From a virus (taxonomy: Duplodnaviria > Caudoviricetes): 50,938 bases of DNA. The stretch spans positions 1 to 50,938 of IMG/VR virus record IMGVR_UViG_3300046740_000705; one strand, given 5' to 3'. This document shows, one piece after another, positions 7,988-16,213 of this stretch. The position numbers and the translations under genes were made by a program. The notes beneath the pieces were generated by a model. The model saw nothing but the letters and a program-made list of their open reading frames with translations, searched no databases and was not told the DNA's origin. Every line of letters starts with the position of its first letter. The stretch's first letter is position 1.

Positions 7988-8937
7988 CAGTAGTGCTCCC
8001 CGCGCCGCGACAGCGCCAAGGCGCGTAATTCGTCGGCGAAATCGCCGTGGTCGCCGGCGGGGAATTTAATCCGGGTGGGTCGCCGGCGGCCGTGTATAGC
8101 GGCCGCTTTCTCGGCCCACTCCTCCCCAGCGGAGCCGCGGTCGGCAAATATCGTCAGACCCTGGACACCCTCGGGTACCCACACCGTCGGCAGGCGGCTG
8201 CTGCCGCACGTCGCCCACACCGGGATGCGGTAAATCTGCATCGCGCATAGCGCCGTCTCGACGCCCTCGGCGAGGCCCATATAGGGGCCCGCCGGCCCGA
8301 GCCGGACGCAACCATCGCGCATCTCCCCTCTGGTTTTTTTTGCCGCGCCGTCGACCCGCGACCCCTTGGTATTGGTCGGGTCGTAGCGGTCCTCGAGCCA
8401 GATGCGCTGGATGGCGGAGACGATCCCGGCGCTGTCCTTAAATGCAGCAACCAGGGCCGGGATCTCGCGGCGCCGCTCGGTACAGAAGAGGCCTGGGTGC
8501 TGCCGAATCGTAGGCGGCACTGCCCGGCGTAAATAGCGCGAGCGAAAATAAAGCTCGACATGCGGCCGGTGCTCGGCTGACGCGGCGGCCCAGATGGCGC
8601 GGGCGGCGGCGACGTCGTCGGGTCGCTCTTCGGGGGACCGCGTAACTTTTTTCGTTAACACTTGAGGGGCGCGCGGGGTCGTGCCGAGGATGGCCCGGAC
8701 CGCCTCCAAAAAATCGACATGCCGCCGCTGCATGACGTAGTCGATCGCAGTGCCGTGCGCCCCGCAGCCGAAACAATGAAAGAAGCCGAGGTCCGGCCGC
8801 ACCGTGAAGCTGGGCGACTTTTCCTTATGAAAAGGGCACAGCCCGGTGAGTTCGCGGCCGACGCGTTTGAGGCCGACATCCGCGGCAATGACATCGAAGC
8901 GGGTGCGGGCTGTGGCGATGTCGGAGTCCGCGATCAT
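7987..8937 (-). CDS. DNA primase (CHC2 zinc finger + Toprim)
   Basis: CPFHKEKSPSF...FHCFGCG; AEGVETAL; IFADRG Toprim motifs. Confidence 0.92.
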   Translation of the reverse strand: MIADSDIATARTRFDVIAADVGLKRVGRELTGLCPFHKEKSPSFTVRPDLGFFHCFGCGAHGTAIDYVMQRRHVDFLEAVRAILGTTPRAPQVLTKKVTRSPEERPDDVAAARAIWAAASAEHRPHVELYFRSRYLRRAVPPTIRQHPGLFCTERRREIPALVAAFKDSAGIVSAIQRIWLEDRYDPTNTKGSRVDGAAKKTRGEMRDGCVRLGPAGPYMGLAEGVETALCAMQIYRIPVWATCGSSRLPTVWVPEGVQGLTIFADRGSAGEEWAEKAAAIHGRRRPTRIKFPAGDHGDFADELRALALSRRGEHY

Positions 8938-9176
8938 TGGCGCAGCTTCCGCTGCTTGGGGAATCGGCCGCGCCCCTTGGCGTCAATCCACAGGATCTTG
9001 GGCATGGCGCAGCACTCCCGGCACACGCCGTCGCTGCTGAAGCACGGTGGCCCGTGCAGCACCCAGCACTTGTCACCGCTGGTGCAATAATCCGGCTTGG
9101 CGAAGAGGCGCTCGTTGGCGTACTGGGCAAAGAACGCCAGGTCGGCCTCGCAATAGCTGCGGTGGCGCTGGCTCAT
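8934..9176 (-). CDS. Cys-rich hypothetical protein
   Basis: ATGA coupling; several Cys residues. Confidence 0.5.
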   Translation of the reverse strand: MSQRHRSYCEADLAFFAQYANERLFAKPDYCTSGDKCWVLHGPPCFSSDGVCRECCAMPKILWIDAKGRGRFPKQRKLRQ

Positions 9177-9442
9177 GTCGCGACCCGCGACAGCATCGCG
9201 CGCCACACGCAGCGAGCCAGGTCGCGCTTGTAGCGCTTGTCGCAGCCGGGCGGCAGCGCATGTTGAAACTCGGCGATGCCGGCTTCGAGCATCTCCGCGT
9301 CGGGGTCTTGCAAGAGCGCGAGCAGGCCGCTGACAACGTCCCCCGCCACAACGAGCGTCGCCATTTCGGAGCCATGCTCCAGCCCCATCGCGATCCGGCG
9401 CACCGCCTCGTGGCCTAGGGTGTTTGGGGCGATGCGGGTCAT
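9173..9442 (-). CDS. hypothetical protein (paralog of 9439-9717)
   Basis: PDxxMLxAG...RYKxDLARxVWRAML motif. Confidence 0.7.
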   Translation of the reverse strand: MTRIAPNTLGHEAVRRIAMGLEHGSEMATLVVAGDVVSGLLALLQDPDAEMLEAGIAEFQHALPPGCDKRYKRDLARCVWRAMLSRVAT

Positions 9443-9717
9443 TGCGGCACCCGCGCCAGCATCGCCCGCCAGACGTCGCGGGCTAGGTCTTTTTTGTAGC
9501 GGTTGCTGCTGTCGGCTAGGGCTCGGTCCAGTTCGGCGGTGCCGGCGTCGAGCATTGCCCAGTCGGGCTCGTCGAGTTCCTCGATGATCGCCTCGAACAC
9601 TTCGGCGTAGAGGTTGGGGGCCGGCTCGGGGTCACCCAGCCGCAGCAGCAGCTGGCGGGCGGCGGTGTGGCAGGCCGGCGGGACGACGCGCTTGGGGGTG
9701 GGAACCGGGCGGCTCAT
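9439..9717 (-). CDS. hypothetical protein (paralog of 9173-9442)
   Basis: Same motif. Confidence 0.7.
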   Translation of the reverse strand: MSRPVPTPKRVVPPACHTAARQLLLRLGDPEPAPNLYAEVFEAIIEELDEPDWAMLDAGTAELDRALADSSNRYKKDLARDVWRAMLARVPQ

Positions 9718-9801
9718 GGCTTCGCCCCCGGCCGGCGGGGAAAATTATTAGCGGCGAGGCGTTTTAAGAGCCGCCCGATCGGCTGTGAAATATGCTGCCA
9801 T

Positions 9802-10473
9802 TTATCCGGGCGCGACTTGCCTGCGGATTTTTTCTTGCGTAACGGTTGATCGTTTATTAAATGAGTCGTTGGCATTTTGATTTTCCGGACTAAAGGCCAA
9901 ACCTACCGAACGCCCCGGAGTTGCGACCTCCGGGGTGTTCACATTTTTGGCTGCGGGTTTACCGATCATGAGGGGACCAATCCCCCGCAGCCCGGCAATG
10001 TCGGGCGCGATCGTCGCCTCGGCGTACAGCCACAGACTGATCGCATCAGCGATATTGTCGTCGTCGACCTCAAACCCGTATTGCGCGCAGGTTTCAATGG
10101 TGGCGGCCTTTTTGCCGGCGCGTCCGAGCGGTCTGTAGCGGCCCAAGAAGAACCGCGAGATTTCCATCGCCGAGGCCTCGCGGCACTGCAGCTTTAATTC
10201 GTAGGTGACGGCCTCGATGGTGCCGGCCAGGGCCAATAGGCGGCGCAGCACGACCGCGCTCGCCATGCGTGGCACGTAGGGCGCTTCAAAGACGACCAAG
10301 GTTGGATTGATGGCCCGGCACACTCCCCACAGCCACTGCCGAAACCCTGAGACGATCTCGCCGTTGGTGCGGCCGCGCCCGCCGAAATCTTTAATGCCCC
10401 AGGAGGGATTGTCGCCCGGCGCCCCGAAACAAAAACCAGTGCGAGTTGCTTGGTCTAAGGCCAGGATCATCAC
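9802..10473 (-). CDS. RuvC-like Holliday junction resolvase
   Basis: ILALDQATRTG, VVFEAP, K..., DDNIADA catalytic pattern. Confidence 0.8.
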   Translation of the reverse strand: MMILALDQATRTGFCFGAPGDNPSWGIKDFGGRGRTNGEIVSGFRQWLWGVCRAINPTLVVFEAPYVPRMASAVVLRRLLALAGTIEAVTYELKLQCREASAMEISRFFLGRYRPLGRAGKKAATIETCAQYGFEVDDDNIADAISLWLYAEATIAPDIAGLRGIGPLMIGKPAAKNVNTPEVATPGRSVGLAFSPENQNANDSFNKRSTVTQEKIRRQVAPG

Positions 10474-10985
10474 GCAGTCCCGACCGGGTAGAGACGGTCG
10501 ATCGACCGCAAGTCCGCGACCGGCACTTCGATGACCGGCTCGATATCGCTGTGGCTTTTGACCAGCCTGTTGCAGCCGGCGATGCGAACCTGGTTGGGGT
10601 CAATCGCCGACAGGGGCACCCAGCGGAGCTGGTCGGTAAAGCGCACGACAAACAGCGCCGGCACCCCGAGCCCGACCCGAGCCAGGGTCAGGGCGAGCCA
10701 CTTGCGCACGTTAAGAAAGACCGTCGGGTAACGATCGAGGGCGTGGCTGCGGCTCTTTAATTCGAGCACGCCGATCAATCTGCCGTGGCGCTCCGCGTAC
10801 CAATCGACCGCCGAGAGGGCGCCGAACAGCCTGATCGAGCACGCCCAATGCGAGGCAATCAATGCCGCGACCTCGGCCTCATGGCGGCGGTCTTCCTCGG
10901 TGGCAAAGATCGGCGTGCCATCGAGGTGCACCGCACCCTGGCGGCCGTAATAGCCCTCGAGCGGGATGACCTTGCCGTCGGCCAT
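10470..10985 (-). CDS. PD-(D/E)XK nuclease-like protein
   Basis: E....VDW........LELKSR motif. Confidence 0.65.
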   Translation of the reverse strand: MADGKVIPLEGYYGRQGAVHLDGTPIFATEEDRRHEAEVAALIASHWACSIRLFGALSAVDWYAERHGRLIGVLELKSRSHALDRYPTVFLNVRKWLALTLARVGLGVPALFVVRFTDQLRWVPLSAIDPNQVRIAGCNRLVKSHSDIEPVIEVPVADLRSIDRLYPVGTA

Positions 10986-11593
10986 TAATGCAACGCCTCG
11001 CCGCCGGCCTCCTCAACCGACTCGGGCGCCTTGCGTGGCCGCCCACGGCCGCGGCGTGGTGCCGGGTCGGCAGCGCCGTTGCCCTCGCCCTCGGGGCCCA
11101 ACGCCCTGGCCATCTCGGTTTGGGCCCGCACATAGGCGGTGTCCCAGAGCTGGAAGGCCTCCTCGCCGGGGGTGTGCGGGTTGTCGCGGCGGTTGTGGCC
11201 GGCGCGCCCCGCAGCGTAGCCGGCGCTGTCGATCGTCTTTAGTTCGGCGGTGTTGAGCTTCCGCAACCCCGGATCCTCGGTCTGCATGTCGAACGCAGGC
11301 TGGAACCCCGCCGGCTTGGCCATGAAGTCCATCAGTTGGGCGCGTTCACGCGCCTCGCGCTCTCGTTGGTCTTGCGGCTTTTGCAGATCGGCGCGGACTA
11401 TATCGAACACTTCCAGCGTGATGCCGGCGGTTTCGATCTCCTTGCGCAGCCGCTTGCGCACCGAGATGGCGGCCGATTTGACCGAGGCTGCCTCCGAGAC
11501 GGCCGCCTCCGCCTCGTCGTAGCGCATCATGAATTCGATGACGGTGGCTTGGCTAATATTGCTGGGGCGGGCGGCGGAGAGCGGTTCGGCCAT
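10985..11593 (-). CDS. GapR(DUF2312)-like coiled-coil + Rmf-like motif + AT-hook protein
   Basis: KEIETAGITLEVF...R GapR-like segment; AGYAAGRAG...NPH...W..AY; RRGRGRPRK. Confidence 0.55.
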   Translation of the reverse strand: MAEPLSAARPSNISQATVIEFMMRYDEAEAAVSEAASVKSAAISVRKRLRKEIETAGITLEVFDIVRADLQKPQDQREREARERAQLMDFMAKPAGFQPAFDMQTEDPGLRKLNTAELKTIDSAGYAAGRAGHNRRDNPHTPGEEAFQLWDTAYVRAQTEMARALGPEGEGNGAADPAPRRGRGRPRKAPESVEEAGGEALH

Positions 11594-11626
11594 TGGGGGC
11601 TGCCTTGGGCGAGGGGTCGCGGGGGA

Positions 11627-11974
11627 TCAGGCTGGGGGGGAAGCCGCTTTCTGAGGGGGAGGCGGCGGCGGTGCGGCGGCGGCTCTGGCGCCGCGCATCG
11701 GCTTGGTGCCGGCGACCGGCTCACGGCCGGTGGCGAATTCGAAGTGCCAGCGGAAGATGTCGAGTTCGCCGACCTCATATTTGGTGGCGGCGGCGAACGC
11801 CATGATGGCGAGGCAGCCGGGCAGTTCAGTGGCGCCGCCTTCGATCCGCGAGAGCCCGGCGGCGCTCATGCCGACGCGGGCGGCGAGGTCAGACAGGCGC
11901 AGATTATGCCGGTCGCGATACTGTCGGAGCGGGTGGGGCGGCAGGCCGTGGGGCAAGGCGGCGGGCTCGGGCAT
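11627..11974 (-). CDS. Cro-like HTH regulator
   Basis: HPLRQYR...LSDLAARVGMSAAGLSRIEGG; divergent from repressor; first gene of replication arm. Confidence 0.8.
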   Translation of the reverse strand: MPEPAALPHGLPPHPLRQYRDRHNLRLSDLAARVGMSAAGLSRIEGGATELPGCLAIMAFAAATKYEVGELDIFRWHFEFATGREPVAGTKPMRGARAAAAPPPPPPQKAASPPA

Positions 11975-12191
11975 GGCCTATGGTTGGCCCCGGCTTGCCC
12001 GTGCGTCAAGCGCCAGATGCGGCAAATTTGCCTGCCAGGGAGTGTGACGTTTGCCGGTTACGCAAGTTAATTTCACTCAGTGCCGCGGTGTCCTTACAGC
12101 TTCCTTACGGCTTGGTAAAATTCACTTGCCCTCGTTTGCCGAATAAGCAAAACATGACCCCACCGGCAAAGGCCACGAAATCAGGGGACGG
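11975..12191. promoter_or_regulatory. Lysis/lysogeny switch with TTGC-N7-GCAA operators
   Basis: Operators at 12050-12066 and 12135-12151, degenerate copy at 11994-12010 overlapping a leftward TTGACG. Confidence 0.7.
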
Positions 12192-12725
12192 ATGCCCAAG
12201 CGCTTTATCGACGCCGCGTCGGATCGGCCGGTGCTTTTCCGGGAATGGCGGGCCTACCGCGGCATGACCCAAGGCCAGGTCGAAGGGCTGCTGGAATGGC
12301 GGTCGAGCCGCTTGTCAAAGCTGGAATCGGGCACCCACGCCTGGACCGGCGATGTCCTGACGGCGCTGGCGCGGGTTTACGCTTGTGAGGTCGAGGATCT
12401 GTTCGAGTTGCCGCCGCAGCTGCCGCAACCCTTCGCGCCCCCGGTCGTCGCCGAGATCGTGCGCGGCGGCGGCATCGCCGGGATCGCCGAAATGCACCGT
12501 TTGATCACCCGGCTGCAATTCGAGATCGCCGATTTGAAAAAGAGCTTCATCCCCCGATTGCAGACCCTCGAGGACCGCTTGGCGGAAGCCGGCGCCATCT
12601 CGGAAAGCGCGGTCAAGGACGCTGAAGAGCTGGCAAGGTTGTTTGCCCGGTTTGCCTCAAAATTGCCAGCCCCGACGGCAAGGCGCCGCTCACGCAAAAC
12701 CGCTGCCGGCAAAATTTCCGCTTGA
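12192..12725 (+). CDS. CI-like XRE repressor with coiled-coil C-terminus (no S24 peptidase domain)
   Basis: FREWRAYRGMTQGQV...SRLSKLESG...L..LA.VY HTH; divergent from Cro-like gene. Confidence 0.78.
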   Translation: MPKRFIDAASDRPVLFREWRAYRGMTQGQVEGLLEWRSSRLSKLESGTHAWTGDVLTALARVYACEVEDLFELPPQLPQPFAPPVVAEIVRGGGIAGIAEMHRLITRLQFEIADLKKSFIPRLQTLEDRLAEAGAISESAVKDAEELARLFARFASKLPAPTARRRSRKTAAGKISA

Positions 12726-12773
12726 GCCAGCCCCGGCCGGCGCTCATCCTTATTTGCTTAGAGCGCAACCGGG
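12706..12773 (+). promoter_or_regulatory. Promoter-operator module, copy 1 (TTGAGC-N17-CATCCT + TTTGC-N7-GCAAC)
   Basis: -35 at 12722-12727, -10 at 12745-12750, operator at 12753-12769; near-duplicate at 15385-15450. Confidence 0.65.
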
Positions 12774-12940
12774 AAGCGTCGGCAAGGCGCGGCCGGCGCG
12801 GCGGGAGGGTCGGAAAATTCTTATTGACGACTTTTTGCGGGCGGGCCTAACCTTACCTCACCGGCAATCACGTCGGACAAATCGGCCACCGCTTCCCGCC
12901 TCCAGAAGGCAATCGAAGCAACTGGCCAGGGAGAAGTACT

Positions 12941-13945
12941 ATGGTTGACGAAACCACTGCGTCCGCGTCCGTTCAGGACAATTTGGACGCTCCCAGCAAA
13001 AAGATGCAGGAACTAAAGCACCGGCTGCAAAAGATCGCGGCCTGTGCGACCAACGAAGATCACGCCATCGTCGCCGATTTTATCCGCAAGGGCGCAGGCT
13101 CGCGGCGGATGAAGCTTACCCCATCGGCTTGCGCGATCATCGTCCTGTATCACAATCCGCTTAACCGCAAGGTTTCTCTTGCCAAGGTGGAGAACCTTGA
13201 GGCAGCGATCACCCGTGGCGACTGGCGTGGCTCGCATCATCAGGGGGCCGCTGTCACCAGCGACGGTCATCTCGGCGATGCCCAGCACCGCTTGATCGCC
13301 GGGGCCCTCTCGGGCCATGCGATCGAGATGCTGGTAACGGCGGATGTACCGATGGACGACATCCTCGATGTCGTCGATCAGACTGCGACCCGCACGCCGG
13401 GGCAGGCGTTGCGGATGCGTGGCATGGACCGGGGCGAGGATATCGGCCCGATCGCCGCCAAGCTCGCCTCCTACGTCCACGAACGCCAGCATGGGGTTAA
13501 GCCCAGTCTGTCGGGGCTGGAAATCCAGCGTTTTGCCGTCGCCAACAAGCAGGTTCTCGCCGACGCCTTGGACATCGGCGAGAAATCGGTAAAGAGCGTC
13601 ACCGGCCCTTGCCTGCAAAAGAACGAGGCGGCGCAGGTGGCGGCAATCTGCATGTTCGACGGTTGGGATTATACCCAGACCGCCGGCTTTCTCGCCTTGG
13701 TGCAGCAGGGCATCGCACCTTATGAGAAGTGTCCGATCCTGGTACTGGAAACGCTGTTGTCAAAGGCCAACCACGCCGACAGCGCCAAAGAGCGGTTGCG
13801 GCCGGAGGCGCGTGTCGCCTTGACGGTCAAGACCGCGAATATGTTCCAGTTGAAGCAGGGCTCGAACAAGCTCGAATGGAACCAGAAGAAAGAGGGGCTG
13901 CCGACTGTGCGGCAGAACCAGTCGGTCGGCCTCGCGGCTGAGTAA
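12941..13945 (+). CDS. DGQHR-like (ParB/Srx superfamily) protein
   Basis: N..NR.V....V......I.RGDW....QG.....G.LGDAQHRL.A motif. Confidence 0.7.
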   Translation: MVDETTASASVQDNLDAPSKKMQELKHRLQKIAACATNEDHAIVADFIRKGAGSRRMKLTPSACAIIVLYHNPLNRKVSLAKVENLEAAITRGDWRGSHHQGAAVTSDGHLGDAQHRLIAGALSGHAIEMLVTADVPMDDILDVVDQTATRTPGQALRMRGMDRGEDIGPIAAKLASYVHERQHGVKPSLSGLEIQRFAVANKQVLADALDIGEKSVKSVTGPCLQKNEAAQVAAICMFDGWDYTQTAGFLALVQQGIAPYEKCPILVLETLLSKANHADSAKERLRPEARVALTVKTANMFQLKQGSNKLEWNQKKEGLPTVRQNQSVGLAAE

Positions 13946-13960
13946 CTCCGGCTTGTAACT

Positions 13961-14000
13961 CGGACCGGGCGGCGCCCCCAATGGCCGCCCGGTCCGTTTT
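13961..14000 (+). terminator. Intrinsic terminator
   Basis: 13-bp perfect stem CGGACCGGGCGGC/GCCGCCCGGTCCG followed by TTTT. Confidence 0.7.
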
Positions 14001-14027
14001 CCCCCTCTCGGTTTCGGACATTTCATC

Positions 14028-15299
14028 ATGGAAAATAACGTCATCGTTCTGGCAAACGCTTTGCCCGATCCCGACACCTTGCCCGAACTGGCCAAGGCGC
14101 TGCGCCTTACCCTCGATCGCGACAGCGAAGTGCGCGCTGAGTGGATCGACATCAAACTGGAGTTAATCAAACTGCTGGTGCGGGCCCGCCGGAAGTTCCC
14201 GGTGGGTGCTAACATCGATTTCAGCGACTGGCTCGCCCGCAACGATCTTGGCGAGAAGCGCCTCAACAAGAACGAGCGCGCTGCCGCGATCAATCTTGGC
14301 CAAGATCTTGCGCTGGCCCGGCAAGTGTTGGAGGAGAGCAACAGCTGGTCGTTGCGGTACATCTGGGAAGACAACCAGGGACGCTATAATGATGATCTGG
14401 CTGTTCCCTACGTAGGGAACAGCAAAACGCAAGAAACAGCGGGCCAAGGTCACAATAACCCGCCCACAACCAAGCCTGAAACCGAGCGTTTGCCGGATTT
14501 AGTCAAGAAGTTCGGCGAGAAGATCGGTCGGGTTATTTACGATCACTTTGGCCGCAATACCCGGACGACGCAGCGTCTGTGCAATAAACTGCGCAAACCG
14601 CAGGCGGCAACCCTGGCCGAGTTCCTGCGGTCGACGCCGGATCTGCCGACCCCTGCCAACAGCGATCAGCGTTTGGACCTCAACACCTTATGGCGTGAAG
14701 CGCCAAAGGCCTTGGGCGAACCCGCCTACACGATCGGGCTGGCCGAGGGCGAGGCGCTGTTGAAGGTGATCGCCGATTGGCCGACCAAGATCGCCCCGGT
14801 GATCGCCGCCTGGCGCGAGGCGGGCAAGCCGGCGGATGTGACACGCTGGTACTCGCGCCAGGTGCCGCAGCAGCAGGCCGCCCCGACCAGCGCCGCGACG
14901 GTGATGTTGCCGCTGTCGGCGACGATGATGGACAGGATCGCTGCCAATGCCGAAGCGGCGGCAACACCGCGCCCGGACCCGACTTGCCGGGCCTCGCATC
15001 AGGGACCGATCCGGCATCACGGCGTCGATATTTGGCCGGTGGAGAATGTGAAATACAGCTTTGCCGAGGCGTGGGCGGCGATGACCATCTGGCGGACCAT
15101 TGATGCCGCTTTGCGCGTCCACCAAGCTAGCCCAAAGACCCGCGCCGCCGGGTTCTTCAAACCGTTTATTGGCTGCTTCCGCAATCTCAACCCGGCGGCC
15201 GGCGCGGCATTGGACAAGATCCTGCACGCCCAATATGCCCACCCCGAGGCGACCGGCCCAGAGGACAACCAATGCCCGCCTTACGATGTGATCCAATAG
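14028..15299 (+). CDS. hypothetical protein, N-terminus DUF3102-like
   Basis: 423-aa ORF; L..AR..F.....F..WL pattern. Confidence 0.7.
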   Translation: MENNVIVLANALPDPDTLPELAKALRLTLDRDSEVRAEWIDIKLELIKLLVRARRKFPVGANIDFSDWLARNDLGEKRLNKNERAAAINLGQDLALARQVLEESNSWSLRYIWEDNQGRYNDDLAVPYVGNSKTQETAGQGHNNPPTTKPETERLPDLVKKFGEKIGRVIYDHFGRNTRTTQRLCNKLRKPQAATLAEFLRSTPDLPTPANSDQRLDLNTLWREAPKALGEPAYTIGLAEGEALLKVIADWPTKIAPVIAAWREAGKPADVTRWYSRQVPQQQAAPTSAATVMLPLSATMMDRIAANAEAAATPRPDPTCRASHQGPIRHHGVDIWPVENVKYSFAEAWAAMTIWRTIDAALRVHQASPKTRAAGFFKPFIGCFRNLNPAAGAALDKILHAQYAHPEATGPEDNQCPPYDVIQ

Positions 15300-15384
15300 G
15301 CGGGGTCGCAGAATTATTTGCCCTTAGCTGCCTCTAAAATTGCCGGCTAAGGGAAATCCAGGCGGCGCGTCGGCAAGACCCGGC

Positions 15385-15450
15385 CCGGCAAATTTCTGCT
15401 TGAGCCGGTGCCGGCCAGTGCGCATCCTGTTTGCTTAGAGCGTAACCGGG
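15385..15450 (+). promoter_or_regulatory. Promoter-operator module, copy 2
   Basis: TTGAGC at 15400-15405, CATCCT at 15423-15428, operator TTTGCTTAGAGCGTAAC at 15430-15446. Confidence 0.65.
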
Positions 15451-15503
15451 TTTCCCCGGAAAGCGGCGGGTTTCCTCAAAAAACCAAATTGGGGGAGAAC
15501 GGG

Positions 15504-15668
15504 ATGGCTGATTGTTCGCTCACCGATCTTGCCCAAACCGTGGCAGCCATGGAGCGCCAGGCCCACTGTTTGGCCGAGTATTTGCGCCGCGGCGATTTCG
15601 AATTGGCGATCCGGCTGGTCAAGCAACTGGCCGAGGCGTTGGCCGACATCCCCCCGCAACCGCGCTAG
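15504..15668 (+). CDS. small helical hypothetical protein
   Basis: GGGAG SD; directly downstream of promoter copy 2. Confidence 0.55.
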   Translation: MADCSLTDLAQTVAAMERQAHCLAEYLRRGDFELAIRLVKQLAEALADIPPQPR

Positions 15669-15673
15669 CCCAG

Positions 15674-15726
15674 TTTGCGGATACCGCAAATTAGACTTGC
15701 GACGAGACGCCAACGCTCGCCATACT
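15674..15726 (+). promoter_or_regulatory. Operator TTTGCGGATACCGCAAA and candidate xis/int promoter (TTGCGA-N18-CATACT)
   Basis: Palindrome at 15674-15690. Confidence 0.55.
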
Positions 15727-15793
15727 TACCGCTGGTGATCGGCCCCAATAAGGAGTCACCGATGGCTGCCCCCACAGCAAACCGCCCCCCAAG

Positions 15794-16213
15794 ATGAGCG
15801 AGCGTCTGCAATTGCTCGCCGAGGTTGCCGAGCATTTTCAGATCAGCCCGCGCCATCTGCGCCGGATGATCCGCGACTATAATATTCCGGTGTTGCGCGC
15901 CTCACAGCGGACCGTCCGCTTCGACGCCCTCGCCCTTCGCACGTTGGAGGAAGCCTTACGATGCCCGCCAAATCCCGACCCGCCAAACCCGCCCGCCGCC
16001 AGCGCCAGCACTGCCTCTACGTCACGATCCGGCCCGACACCGGGGCGCTCCAGATCACCGGCTACATCAAGGGGTACGGACGGGTACGACAAAATGCTTC
16101 AACTGCTGACCCCCGCCTCGCCGACGAAGAAGCCAAAGCGCTTCAACTCCAACTCCTGCGCGGCCAATGGCACGGCGAACGTCGTGGTGTTAGGCCCCTC
16201 TCGGACGCGGTGA
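15794..16213 (+). CDS. Excisionase-like winged-HTH protein overlapping the integrase
   Basis: LAEVAEHFQISPRHLRRMIR...IPV......VRF Xis/MerR-like motif immediately upstream of int. Confidence 0.7.
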   Translation: MSERLQLLAEVAEHFQISPRHLRRMIRDYNIPVLRASQRTVRFDALALRTLEEALRCPPNPDPPNPPAASASTASTSRSGPTPGRSRSPATSRGTDGYDKMLQLLTPASPTKKPKRFNSNSCAANGTANVVVLGPSRTR

